A stretch of 63,578 nt of DNA, filler included, from Octopus bimaculoides (Eukaryota), in the NCBI RefSeq assembly GCF_001194135.2. It is 5 parts of 5 records of this genome, joined end to end, with 100 filler letters (N's around TTAATTAATTAA, not from the genome) between each part and the next. Parts side by side here need not be neighbours in the genome. Positions count along the whole stretch, not along the records: positions 23,931 to 50,202 come from NC_068982.1; positions 50,303 to 60,923 come from NC_068985.1; 3 more parts are not named here. One strand, 5' to 3'. Numbering within the stretch: the first letter of the stretch is position 1; every line of letters starts with the position of its first letter. The notes under the pieces were generated by a model. It ran no database searches. It was given only the letters and a program-made list of their open reading frames with translations, and was not told the DNA's origin. Shown here piece by piece: positions 40,078-52,831 of this stretch. The position numbers were made by a program, and so were the translations under genes.

Positions 40078-41148
40078 ACTTGTGTACGTGTGTGTGTACT
40101 TGTGTACGTGTGTGTGTGCTTGTGTACGTGTGTGTGTATATTTGTAAATATGTCTGTGTGTGCTTGTATGTTTATGTCTGTGTGTCTGTGTTTCTACGTG
40201 TATTTCTAACTACTTGTATGTATATTTTTGGGTGCATATGTAATTTTGGATAGATAAAGTGACAGTGATATCCATGAATACTTATATAAATATTGATAAT
40301 GAGAGACAAGAAGATTGACAAAGTGATTGATTGTTAGTTAAAATTGTTAAAATTCTGTTGGTTGCGATTTATTACTCCTTTGTTGTCCCTCTTTCTATTC
40401 ATCTTTTTTCTCTGTCTATTCGAACATTACGATTTCTTTAGCCCTTTTTCCTACATTAGGTCTTTGCCCCCTTTTCTCCGTGCTAAAATATTGATTCTCG
40501 TTTTACTAAAGTGATGTGAGACAGGAATCCTCTTTCTTCTTGTGAGAAGTGGCTTATTAACGAAATAAATAAGAAGAAATTATGAAAGGGAAAAAATATC
40601 ATCTTCAGATATGCTTCTTTTCTTTCCCATTTTTTTTCTTTTTTACATTAAATGTTACAAGTCAAAAAGTAAATAAATAAATAAATAAGCAAGATGGTGC
40701 GAATGTCTGTTACCGTGACGTTGTCACAAGACTTCCGTTACTGTCCGATCGACTTCTTAGCTTTCAAGGACGCTGAGAAAGGTCAGCAACGAGGTCGACA
40801 GTTGTCACAACTTTGATAACTTCAGCGAAAACATGCTGCTTTTGGTGGGTTTGATCAAATTTTCTAGATGCACAGATTGCTGTTGTTGGTGTTGTTGTTA
40901 CTGCTGCTGTTGTTATTGTTGTTGTTGTTGTTGCTACTGCTGCTGTTATTGTTATTATTGTTGCTGCTGCTGCTGCTGCTGTGGTGTTGTTGTTACTATT
41001 ATTACTATTATTCATAGATTTATTTGTTTCTTCTATATCTATATTTATATCACGTCTATCTCTTTAACTATCTATCTATCTTTGTATGTATGTATGTATG
41101 TATGTGTATATATATATATATATATATACATACAAACATATATACATA

Positions 41149-41227
<79 letters not shown>

Positions 41228-41280
41228 GCATGCACACATACATATATACATACATACATACAAATATATATATACATACA
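39998..41280. repeat. Microsatellite-rich block: (GT)n, (TTG/CTG)n, (TA)n, (CATA)n
   Basis: Direct inspection. Confidence 0.85.
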
Positions 41281-42439
41281 TAATTATTTTTCTGTTTTTG
41301 TCTCATATTTTCGATTGTCTTCCAGAAAATTTTCTTCGCAAATCCGTCATGGCTTTTGTATTTTTGTAACATCCATCGGATGCATCTTCACTAGCTTTAA
41401 CATGTTAAAACATGCTCATAAAAGAAGTAAAATGTATTGGAAAGACAGAACATTTTCAACACTATAGAATCTAATTGGGTAAAAGACGTGGGGAAAGCAA
41501 AATTGGAATGAAACTATGAACCACAGTATTTTTTTCTTTTCGTTCTTGTTTGTGTGATTTTATATTTTATTATATATTTTGTTATATTTTTGCTTATCTT
41601 CCTTCCTTTTTTTTTTAGTCGTTCTTTTTATATCTTCACTTCTATTTTTCCTGTTTCTACATTCTGTACATATATAGCCTCTGAGAAAGTGAAGTATAAA
41701 TATTTCATTGCGATCGTTACATGTATCGACGGGCAAAATGGCGGCGACAAACGGTTTGTGTATAGAAGTAGTGGCAACAGCAGCGGAGTGACGTCAACGA
41801 GGAAGACGAAGACGAAAAAATGACGACCAACACAACGATGACAGCGGAGATGACAACAACAATGTTAACGACGACGAATGAGGGTGACATTGATGATGCT
41901 AATGATGGTGAGATGACGACGTCGACGAGGAGGAGGAGGAGGAGGAGGAGGAGGAGNNNNNNNNNNNNNNNNNNNNNNNNNNNNNNNNNNNNNNNNNNNN
42001 NNNNNNNNNNNNNNNNNNNNNNNNNNNNNNNNNNNNNNNNNNNNNNNNNNNNNNNNNNNNNNNNNNNNNNNNNNNNNNNNNNNNNNNNNNNNNNNNNNNN
42101 NNNNNNNNNNNNNNNNNNNNNNNNNNNNNNNNNNNNNNNNNNNNNNNNNNNNNNNNNNNNNNNNNNNNNNNNNNNNNNNNNNNNNNNNNNNNNNNNNNNN
42201 NNNNNNNNNNNNNNNNNNNNNNNNNNNNNNNNNNNNNNNNNNNNNNNNNNNNNNNNNNNNNNNNNNNNNNNNNNNNNNNNNNNNNNNNNNNNNNNNNNNN
42301 NNNNNNNNNNNNNNNNNNNNNNNNNNNNNNNNNNNNNNNNNNNNNNNNNNNNNNNNNNNNNNTTAAAGGATATAACAGTAGCGAAATAAATAAATAGATA
42401 AACAAATAAATAAATAAATAAATAAATAAACAAATAAAT

Positions 42440-42745
42440 AGAATCCCCTGTAGTGGGTAAGTCCACTTAAGGTAACCCGTGGTAAACCCCACACAAAAAT
42501 CCTGGATTACTCTGCCATCTCCAAGGCATGGAAAAGTGCCCTCTTCCAGCATCTCTCCTCCTGCCTAGAAAAGCATATTCAGAGTAGATCCATTCAGTCT
42601 CACCGGTCTTGCCATTGTTGACCACCTTCTGATAAACTCACTAGAAGGCAGCACATCCATCTCTACCCTCGCCTTCCTCTTCAAAAGATATTTGAAGAAT
42701 TTGATGAGGGCTTGACCAGATAGGAATGTGCCTGTCTTCAAATAA
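42440..42745 (-). mobile_element. L1/Tx1-like LINE 3' end
   Basis: Peptide LKTGTFLSGQALIKFFKYLLKRKARVEMDVLPSSEFIRRWSTMAR..L* resembles Tx1-clade ORF2 C-termini; followed by a UTR and a T-rich tract. Confidence 0.5.
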
Positions 42746-42749
42746 TAAT

Positions 42750-43346
42750 AGACAAAAGCATTGCCCATATCACGAACGAATGCCCAAGATTTGCCCAAAA
42801 CTTTTACAAGTTGTGGTGACACGATAAAGTAGTGAAAGTGCTACATTGGAAACTGTGTGAAAATTGAGGGCTAGAGAGAGCCAAGACATGGTGTGAGCAT
42901 AAATTGCAGAGAGTAGCAGAGTAGGAGACTAGCAAAATCCTTTGGGATTTCCCAATCCAAACAGATCAGGTGCTATATATATGCTATATAGTAGATGTTG
43001 CGTGCCCCTTTGACCCACGAATAGTCAAGAAGGTAGGTGAAAAACTAGATAAATACAACCCTCTTAAGTACGAAATAGCTCGGCTATGGAAAATGAAGAA
43101 GTACCAATTATTGTTAAGTCCTTGGGAACAGTATCAGAAGGCATCGAGAGGAATATAAAAGAGATCAGAACAGAGTGCTCAGTAGAACTGTTACAAAAGG
43201 TTTGCCTTCTTGGTACGGCCAGAATAATCAGGAAAGTATTAGACTGTTGAAAAGAACAGATAGCTAGGTACCGTACACTGCAGGCAGCAAGCCCGTTCCG
43301 CATGCAAAACTCCAGCGGTTCCAACAAAAGCTGAAATAAAAAGAAA
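42750..43346 (+). mobile_element. 5'-truncated Dong/R4-like LINE with intact 3' end followed by (TAA)n
   Basis: SIAHITNECPRFAQNFYKLW*HDKVVKVLHWKLC; KILWDFPIQTD; IVDVACPFDPRI..KLDKYNPLKYEIARLW; LLQKVCLLGTARIIRKVLDC*; (TAA)n then (CAA)n at 43352-43475. Confidence 0.9.
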
Positions 43347-43375
43347 TGATGATAATAATAATAATAATAATAATA

Positions 43376-43445
<70 letters not shown>

Positions 43446-43475
43446 CAACAACAACAACAACAACAACAATAATAA

Positions 43476-43612
43476 TTCTTTCTACTATAGGCACAAGGCC
43501 AGCAATTTGATGGGGTGGGTCTAATCGATTACATCAATCCTACTACTTGTACTTATTCTATCGACTCCAAAAGCATAAAAGGCAAAGTAGACCTTGGAGG
43601 AATTGAACTCAG
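43476..43612 (-). mobile_element. SINE family A 3' part, tail-to-tail with the Dong-like LINE
   Basis: ttctttctactataggcacaaggcc...aatcgattacatc...ggcaaagtagacc. Confidence 0.85.
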
Positions 43613-43844
43613 AATTAATTTTATCACTTTTATTATTTCACACGGGAATTTGTAAGAGATATGTGATATTTTCGAATATATGGGATTGCATTTTCCAGTG
43701 TGGTCCTTCTTTTCTTACGACGTGGTTGTGATATCTGAAGGAGATTTAGCTGCTATTTCTACCAGGTCGAGGATACTACATATTAGCTATTTCATTGGCT
43801 AGAGATAGTGTAGTCGATATAGGTAGAATGGGTCATGTATTAGT

Positions 43845-43985
43845 AGAATCGTTAGAGCATAAAAAAAAGATAAAAAGATGCTTGCGATATTTTATTGCAG
43901 TCTTTTATGTTCCAAGTTGAAACACTGTCATAATCTACTTCGCCTTTCATGCTTCTGGGGTCGATAAAATAATATACCAGTCAAG
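43845..43985 (+). mobile_element. Degenerate SINE family A
   Basis: agaatcgttag...cttcgcctttcatgcttctggggtcgataaaataatataccagt. Confidence 0.7.
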
Positions 43986-44098
43986 AAGCGAAGCGGATTC
44001 AATATTTCCATGAAGCATCCTCGATGCGAATGGAATTATAATAGAAGACTAACCTTAAGACCTCAGTACTTCACTGGTACCCCGGCAGGATGGCGTTG

Positions 44099-44185
44099 AA
44101 GAAGAAGAAGAAGAAGAAGAAGAAGAAGAAGAAGAAGAAGAAGAAGAAGAAGAAGAAGAAGAAGAAGAAGAAGAAGAAGAAGAAG

Positions 44186-44220
<35 letters not shown>

Positions 44221-44290
44221 GACCAAGAACAAGAAGAACAAAAAGAACAAGAAGAACAAGAAGAAGTGGAGGAGGAGGAGGGGACGGGAG
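44099..44290. repeat. (GAA)n/(CAA)n/(GGA)n compound microsatellite
   Basis: Direct inspection. Confidence 0.95.
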
Positions 44291-44806
44291 GAGAAGGAGA
44301 AGGGATGAAGCAAACAAAACAAGGAAAGTCATAAAATATGCAAGAAAGAATGCATTTCATTGTTATTTTGACAATGAAGTAAAATCCGTGACATGTGGCA
44401 AGTGTCGGATCCATAAATTTTAAGTGAAGGCTTCAGAAATAAAGAGATTGTCTAGTTATTAGAAGTGTGGCTGTATGAGAAGTAACTGCGGTTGCATTAG
44501 CTACCATAAAAGTGTTGCTAGCCGTATTGAGTAAGATGGGTTAAAAAGAGACAAAATAATCCAAATGAATTCATATGCTGTTAAATATCAATTTCTTTCC
44601 GAAGAATTAGACCTCAAATGTATAAGGAAAGAGTAAAAGGGAGTTTCGACTTTACGAGTGTCTGGTTTAAAGTTTTGAAACAATATCAAGTTGTCAAAGA
44701 CTGTGTCTTCAGTTTCGTGTACGATTAAGTGGTGTCACACCTCAACCATATAAAAAAAATCCAAGAATAATGACCCAAACCGGCAATTGAAACCCTGTTA
44801 TAAATA

Positions 44807-45034
44807 TTGGGTTGTCCGGAAAGTTCGTGCCGATTTTTAAAGGAAAGAAAAAGGTCAATAAATACTTGCCATTACATTTTTAATCAACCACATATGAACC
44901 ATTTTGTTGCACAGTGCGTCTCCATCTTTCCTTGAACTTGAAAATACCCTCTTCCCAGAACTGAGGTGATTTCATGGCAAATAAGTCGAAAGGTAAGCTA
45001 CTATAAATCGGCACGAACTTTCCGGGCAACCCAA
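44807..45034. mobile_element. Mariner-type MITE, 228 bp, TA target duplication
   Basis: TIRs ttgggttgtccggaaagttcgtgccgattt / aaatcggcacgaactttccgggcaacccaa (29/30 match), TA at 44805-44806 and 45035-45036. Confidence 0.93.
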
Positions 45035-45424
45035 TATGATTCGCCATAACTTTCAATAACTTTAGTATGGTAAAGGAAATGAAATACTCATATCTGAGAA
45101 TTGAAATCGAAAACCTGGAAGATTATTTCGGAGCATGCCTCGTTAGTCTAGGTATGATTCATCACGGCATGTCAGATTGTACAACGTCATCCACGATTCA
45201 ACAGAGAGATGGTATACCTAAGAAGATAGATTTGTGGTTCGCACCTCGTTGTTCAGTTAATTACGCCACATGGCTGTTCCATCAGCGCTGGCCTGAGGCT
45301 ACCAACAAGTCGGAGTATTACATGCTTTCACGTTTTGTGTTGGAAGTATTTCTGCTATGAGTGACACCGACTTTCACCTTTGTGAACGCCATAAAAATAA
45401 CTATCAAGTAATAACTGTGATAAA

Positions 45425-45560
45425 GCAGCGAGATTGCTGAATCGTTATCACATCAGACATAGCATTTGTTCCGGCTCTTTACGTCCTAAGTTCAAATTCT
45501 GCCGAGATAAACTTTACTTTTCATCCCTTCAGGTTCGATGAAATAAAATACCAGTCAAGT
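45425..45560 (+). mobile_element. Degenerate SINE family A
   Basis: gctgaatcgtta...agttcaaattctgccgagataactttacttttcatccc...aataccagt. Confidence 0.75.
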
Positions 45561-45680
45561 GTACGCACTAAAAACGGTGTTCAGCCATACGTTGTCAGAA
45601 ATTTGCATATGTACATAAACACACACACATACATACATACATACATACATACATACATACATACACATATACATACATAC

Positions 45681-46239
45681 TGTCCTGAAATAAACTTAGA
45701 AAATCCCTCTGTTGTGGAATACATTCATAAACACCAACTCAAGGAATACTGGTGGAATATTCCCATCAAAACTTCTGTCAAATGTAAACATAACAGGCCG
45801 GATATTGTTGTTTGGGACTGAGGGGCAAAGGTATGTACCATCATAGAGGTCAGCTGCCCTGCAGATATAAATATCTCTTTGAAAATCAAAGAAAAAGAAG
45901 ATACCTATGGACAACTGCTTCGAAACCTCCAGCTTCTATATCCAGACTATAAATTCATATTCATACCAATAATAATTGGAACACTAGGCTTTGTTAGTAA
46001 ATGCTTAAAGGAGAATGTCGATAAACTGGGATTTTCAGAAAGAGAAATCGACCGGCTAATTCGTACATTACAAGTGCAAATTGTGAGTGGAACATTAAAA
46101 ATATGCAAGACTTTTCTCAAGTTCCAAATGTGAATTTGTCTGTGTTAACTACATCCCAAAGATGGAGCTTTGTATCTTTGTTGGAAACCGGCTCCCTCCT
46201 CAGTGAAAGGTTTGTAATAACTAAAAAAAATAGAAAAGA
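45681..46239 (+). mobile_element. 5'-truncated R4/Dong-like LINE with intact 3' end, flanked by CATA repeats
   Basis: CPEINLENP..YWWNIPIKTSVKCKHNRPDIVVWD; KIKEKEDTYGQLLRNLQLLYPDY..GTLKICKTFLKFQM*; UTR nearly identical to the 16027 copy; ends tagaaaaga|catgcatacata. Confidence 0.94.
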
Positions 46240-46729
46240 CATGCATACATATAAATATATGTGTGTGCTTGTGTATACACACAGGTTCAGCAAGCTCTAC
46301 TGCAAACCAAGCAAAAAGTTGTCACTCGCCTATAGTGCTTAAAAACCTTGTAAACGGTGTCAGTCGTAAGATATTGAACCTCTCCGCTAAATAAAGATGT
46401 CTTCAAAGCAGCGGCTCCTCTTATAATGTGACTCTGGTAGCTAGTGCTATGCCCAGCCCTGACACCCCAATTGAAGATGCTGCCAAAAAGTTAACTGCCT
46501 GCTTTCTCGTCAACCTTCTCATACATTGTGAAAACCCGAGTGGGAGAGACCTTCCTCAGATTCGTAGATAAACATTTTATACAGAGCCATAGTTATAGGA
46601 AAATATTCAACAGACATATCTTAAAAGCTTCGTTCATCTGTGCACTTAGTGTCTAAAAGACACTTAGTGTCTGTGCACTTACCTCAAAGTCGCGCACAGA
46701 AGCAGGATATTTATAAAGAGTTTACAGTG

Positions 46730-47050
46730 ACAGCCCAGTGAATGATCAATGCAATACAGAAGTCGTGGTCGACGGAGCAGAGATAGTGTCAACCAACACC
46801 AATAGAACGACACATACACAGAAATATGGCGAGACTGAATAATCACCGATCCTCTTTTAAAAGCAAAGAGAGTTAAAGTTTTACAACTATAGCCAGCTAA
46901 TATGGCGATTAAGAGAGTAAACATCACCTGGAAACCGCAGAAAGATTCTGGGCCATATTTGAATGTGAGTAGAAGATGCAGGCTCTACTCAGCGGAGTGG
47001 AGAATCATTCTAAACAATTCACACGACCCAGGTACTTTCCTAAACTCAAA
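46730..47050 (+). mobile_element. Penelope-like element GIY-YIG endonuclease region, decayed
   Basis: PVNDQCNTEVVV..AEIVST; RLNNHRSSFK; IWRLRE; NITWK...GPYLNVSRRCRLYSAEWRII follow the Penelope C-terminal series CP..G.C....V.Y.A / R..NH..SF / IW.LK / I.W.....PY......C.LC..EK..I. Confidence 0.7.
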
Positions 47051-47639
47051 CAGAGAAATTATCTTTATATTTTGTTAGGATAGTTTTCATTGTTATTCCG
47101 TTGTCATTCGAATTCTTCATCTGAATCCCGTATTTACAATACCGTTTTATATTTTTCACTTTTTAAATATTCTAAACGACTACATCTAAAGCCATACAAG
47201 ACTAACTGGGTTGCTCAGAATCGAAATATAATCCTTTTAAACTTAATCCACTTCAGTTTGGAGTTCCTTTCCTGTCACTTTGAAATCTGTTTCCTCTTGC
47301 TTTTCTACATCTTAAGCATTTGGCTAAGAGAAAAAAGCAAATATTTGTGTGTTAGACGGAAAAGGAAATCCCTCGGACGGCAAAATGGGAAGTTGGTGTA
47401 TGCGTGTTTAGCGTTAACTTTTAACTATTCCAAGATGTTTTACGTGAAATTCGTTTCCTTTCAAATTTATTCTCAAAAGTTTCACACACACACACACACA
47501 CATACACACATACATGCACTCACTTACTCCCACGCATACTCACACACACATATACACACATACATACATACATACATACATACATACATACATACATACA
47601 TGTATAGGTGTATTCATTTTCTTAAACGAACACCCTAAA

Positions 47640-48244
47640 GCAGCAAACTCGGAGCGTAGGTGATCATCTCCAATGGAAAAAGTTTTCGATATCTCTCTTC
47701 ATAGTGACTGCGAGTTCGTCGTGATTTAAGTTACATGTGTGACGCTTCGGTATGGAAGGTAATGGATAAATGGTCGTTGGGTCATTTGGTTAGTAGCAGA
47801 TGCTGGAGTTGAGAGCAAGTAGGTTTTTAGTGTAAAATGAGATCGAGTGTGATCCACATTATACAAGACTCCTGGACTACATCTGAGTTGATAAACTGTG
47901 ATTCTTTGAAGCCTCTATTAACACGTACTTTGATAGCGTGATATGACAGAAGCTACTGAGCAAAGACGTGAGAAATGGAAAGAATCTATCGGTAGGCAGT
48001 TTTCCTGGGAAATTGATGTGATAAACACGGCTGAATGCTTTGTTATTTTTTCCCCAAAATTCCTCGTGGGCAATGATCTACCACTGAGTGAGTTAGAAAA
48101 GTAAGCTTTTCAGTAGATCTGGATTTACGAAGGCTGTTCTGGTGTTCATTAAAGAGGAACGATTGTGGTGAAGTAAAAGTTTGCTTTTAATAACTGTTTT
48201 CATCAACTTTGAAATGTTGGAAATAAGAGCTGTCGAACGATTAC

Positions 48245-48298
<54 letters not shown>

Positions 48299-48570
48299 AT
48301 ATGTTTTGTTTCTAGGAATGGGACATACTGTATGTCGAATGTTTTCAAAGACTAGTATAACTCTGAGAGGTGGGAAGAGATTGATAAGGCTGGTGGGAAA
48401 AAGCTACTCTGAGAATGCTTGTGATCCTATTGATATGAAGAGATTAGAAATGCTTCTGCAGTTGGCGTGTATATCCACGTAGCGGGGGACCTTGTAGACT
48501 AAATAGAAATAGTTTTAAGAGATTTACTCTGTATATGGAGTTGGAGGAAAAATAGACAGCAAATGCGAAG
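47640..48570 (-). mobile_element. APE-type LINE (CR1/L2/Jockey-like) reverse transcriptase relic
   Basis: Frameshifted KPFAFAVYFSSNS, VCPIPRN, ALISNISKLMKTVI, QNSLRKSRST, AFSRVYH, INSDVVQES (decayed SGVPQGS). Confidence 0.62.
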
Positions 48571-51271
48571 GGGTTTCTCCGTGAAAGTACTCCTTGCAAA
48601 ACCATCATGTGACTCCGAAATATTAAGTTATTTCTGTATCAATTCCTTTCACAAATTTTCGGAAAAATTTGTATCTGTTCCTGTATACATATTTCTGCTC
48701 ATGGAATAGAATTATGCATGGGAGAAATCACGTAATCCCGTGGAGCCAATTTTTACTCCTTCAAATTAAAGACTTAACTTGAACTGTTACAAAAATCTTT
48801 TCAGTTGCAATGATTTTGACATTTTGCAAAACAGTTCCTGCAATTTCCCTGCTACCAATCAAATTCTAGAAATAAATCATATTCATAGTTAACTGATTAT
48901 TTATTTATTTCCTTTATCTGTAATTATAATTGATAAATAAATAAGTTGTCAACCTCTTAACTCTTTGAACAATAAGATGCCGGCCATCAGATATGCAGCC
49001 CTCGATCCCATAGAAACATAAAAATATAAGTAAATATGTTCTTGTTGTTGATACTGTAATTTAGTTACAGGTCAGCTCCTGCTGAACAGACATAACCCAA
49101 GGTAATCCTACTCTAGCCACCTTGTTATTTATTCTATTATTGTCAACGTTCGTCGAGCTTTGTGCCAGACAAGTTACATATCTCGATCTTTTAACATTGT
49201 TCCATCACTGTATCTTTCAAAGTTGATAACACCAAAGGTTCCCTGCTCTTTACAAGAATACAGTGGCTATTGGTGTTTATACCTTCATCCACTCTTAAAG
49301 CATAACCAGCATTAAGAAAGTTAATACAGTACTTCCAGTTGGATTTTCTTCATCGAAAAATTTGGATGTCACCAGCATCAGTCAAAATAACTAAATTACT
49401 CCTGATACTTGAGAGTAACCTCGGTCAGATTTGAGTTCAGAACATAACATGCAAAAAAAAAAAAAATATGGTAAAGTATTTTTGTGCCATGTCTTAAGAA
49501 TTCTACCAAATTAACGTCTGAAAAATACATGATTATCACAAAATCCCTTTTAAAACACTTAGAATTCAAAACTACATTAAAAGTCACAGTTTTTTTCTGA
49601 CTGCGTAATTTTGAACATATCTCAATGTTCCTACTTGATTGCTAACATTTAAATCTGCCATTATATTTCTTTAGGCTGACCTTCATTTCATTTCTCGATA
49701 TCACTTCCCGGTTGTAGAGCGTACACATCCACTTAATCTCAAAGAGGTTAAATTAAGCTTAACATCTACTTTCCTATATGTGGTGGTCTGATGGATTAAA
49801 TAAGTTCATGTGTCTATGAATGTGTACGTTGCTGCATTCACTCTCTGACAGATTCTTCAACCAGTCCTCTCTTGACATGCATATCTTTCTCAAGAATTTC
49901 CTGTTCCGCTCACAGACCCTATTAAACTGCTTGTGTGAGTTTTCCCATATGTGTATGTGTGTGTGTATCTTAGTGTGCCTATCCATATTAGATTATATTC
50001 ATGTAAGTGGCTGTTTTGAAAGTTTTAAAGATTTTCCTTATTAAACAATACGGAAATGATTTTCAGGTTCATCTTAAAAAGGAGGGGATATGAGATGGCT
50101 GTGTTGTCGACTACAGCATAAGTGGATCGAGGTCAGATCTACACGAATCCATTTAAACATAGACGTTAATATAATGCCTGTGCATATATATATATATATA
50201 TANNNNNNNNNNNNNNNNNNNNNNNNNNNNNNNNNNNNNNNNNNNNTTAATTAATTAANNNNNNNNNNNNNNNNNNNNNNNNNNNNNNNNNNNNNNNNNN
50301 NNTATATATATATATATATGTATATATATATGTATATATACGTATATATATATATATATAGGCTCATGTATGTATATGCAAATATATATATATACACACA
50401 CACATATATATTGTCTACATGTATACACGCGCGTGTATATATATATATATATATATATATGTACGTATATATGTATATACTCATTTACTATTTGTTTTAT
50501 ATATATATATATATACATATATATATAGATTGATAGATATAGATAGATATACGTATGTATATATAAACACACATAAATATATATATATGTATGTATATAT
50601 ATATATGTACATGCACACACATACATATGTATACACTCATGTACATAGATATATACATAAATTCATATTCATACATATAGGCATAGACACACATCATGCA
50701 TACACATATGTATATATCTTTGTGCACGTGTGTATATGTGTGTGTATATATATATGTGTGTGTATATATATATGTGCGTGTGTGTGTTGCTTTGTCTGTG
50801 ATCGTATGAATATATTCCTTACTCTTATATATATGGCTTATAGTGGAAGATGTATCGTTGTTCAATAACTTACCGTTACAAGTTGATATAGGAAAACTAT
50901 TTTATGGTTTTTAGATTTTACAGTGCGACGCCATTTTTCGATATTCGTTAGCTGTTAAATATAGCTTCGATCGCAAGATGATTGCATAGTGTAAGCCTGC
51001 CCCGTCCTTTTCGACATATTATTTGATCGAAGGAAGATCGATATAATGTTAGTTCAACTAATGATAAGGCATATAATACACAGAGAGGCTCGTTAACAGA
51101 TGAACCCTATGAAGTGATCCACAAAATGAGACATTTTTCCTTCGATTTATTCCACTGAAACATAACTCCACCTCCCATTCCCCAGTGTCAATCTAAGCCT
51201 CAAGACATCACTGCCAACGGACAATACGATGTCATCATAGGGATAATTTTGTATTCAGCACTGTCTAGTGC

Positions 51272-51629
51272 AAGCTTGGCTGTGTGGTTAAGATGCTCGT
51301 TTTGGTAGCCACGTGGTTTCAGGGTTCGATCACTATGCGTGTCACCTTGTGATTGAAATTGGTTGACGGAAGCTGAGTGGAAACCCCTCGTATGTGTGTG
51401 TGTGTGTATTTGTACATATGTGTTTGTCTTTGTGTTTTTGCCCGCCCTCCTCCACCGCTTGGGAACCGGTGTTAGTTTGTTTACAACACCGTGGCGCAGT
51501 ATTTTGGCAAAAGAGACAGAATAAATACCAGACTTTAAAAACCAAGTATTAGGGTCGATTTGTTCGACAAACCCCCTTCAAGTTGGTGTCCCACAACAGC
51601 CGCGGTTTAATGACTGAAACAGGTAAAAG
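51272..51629 (+). mobile_element. SINE family B, diverged, with internal deletion
   Basis: ggctgtgtggttaag head; ttggcaaaagagacagaataaatacc; gggtcgatttgttcgac; aatgactgaaacaggtaaaag. Confidence 0.85.
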
Positions 51630-51650
51630 GCATTCGTTTTGATTTTCTTC

Positions 51651-51840
51651 TTCGTCTGCCATTACGTTCTGAGTTCAGATTCCGCCGAGGTCGACTTTGC
51701 CTTTCATCCTTTCCGGGTCGATTAAATATGTATGTATATATTTTATTATTTTTAACGATGTAGTGCTCGACTTAATCCCTTTGTCTGTCCCTGTTTGTCC
51801 CCTCTATGTTTAGCCCCCTGTGGGCAATAAAGAGATAAAT
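51651..51840 (+). mobile_element. SINE family A, tail A2
   Basis: gttctgagttcagattccgccgaggtcgactttgcctttcatcc...aatccctttgtctgtccc...gggcaataaagagataa. Confidence 0.9.
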
Positions 51841-52219
51841 ATTTAATATCACGAACATTGTCGTTCTAAACATTTCTTTCCAAATAATTCTCACTTGCTA
51901 CTGTAATCTAGATGTATTTACCTCGGCCGAAATCACACTTGGAATTATATCCTAGAGAGAATTACAGCAATCATTTTACGACAGCAGAGTGCACAGCAAA
52001 CATCAGCGATCTGTATTCTTGACAAGAGATGCCAGTTCTTTTACACCTACAAGACTCGTTCTTATTATCCCCAAGTTGCTGGATAATTTTTCTTTCTTTT
52101 AAGAATATTGTAGAAAGGAAATTTTTCATAGATTGGAAGTTAAGTCCTAATCTCTTCAAAAAGTTATTGTTTCAAGAAAAAATTGAATTTGTATTACTTT
52201 TAATTTTTACGATTATAGA

Positions 52220-52650
52220 TAACAACTCGGGCTGTAACTTTTGAGCCCGAGTCAGGTGCGTGTGAACGATGCTGAGAGAACGTCTGCTACGAATGATAGT
52301 TTTGACACAGGGCACCTCTAAGATGACCGCCAGATGCTGAACGAAAATAAATGAACTGCGACCAGGTTCAATAAAAGGACCCCAATTTCTTGGATGCAAT
52401 TACATACTTGAAGTCGATGTTGGCAGAAATTAAATCAGATTGCAAATATATGTTTACGTTACTAAATTTATACTCGGGCTAAGCCCGAACAGTCCGAGTG
52501 CCGGAGTCGCTACTGATGTATAGCTCTTCGAAACGCCGGTGTTAAAACGGAGGTAGCTGATGAAGTAGAATGTTCTCTATGTGGCTTGTGTGTTTTCTCG
52601 TCTCTGTTTTGTTTGCAATGTCCTGTACCCAGATATGCACCTATACATAC
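52220..52650 (+). mobile_element. Probable Penelope-type 3' end/terminal repeat with hammerhead-like motif and two palindromes
   Basis: actcgggct...agcccgagt stem (52225-52252), tcgggctaagcccga (52474-52488), ctgatgt...cgaaacg (52513-52535), second ctgatgaag (52557). Confidence 0.45.
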
Positions 52651-52750
52651 AGGTGGATGTCGGTATGCACATACCTGTACGTATATATGCTTATACTCAT
52701 TTACTATATATATATATATGTGTGTGTATGTATATGTATACACACACATA

Positions 52751-52829
<79 letters not shown>

Positions 52830-52831
<2 letters not shown>

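Noticed and set aside
49650-49960. Possible RTE-like pre-RT peptides on the minus strand
   Set aside because: Similarity too weak to call without a search.
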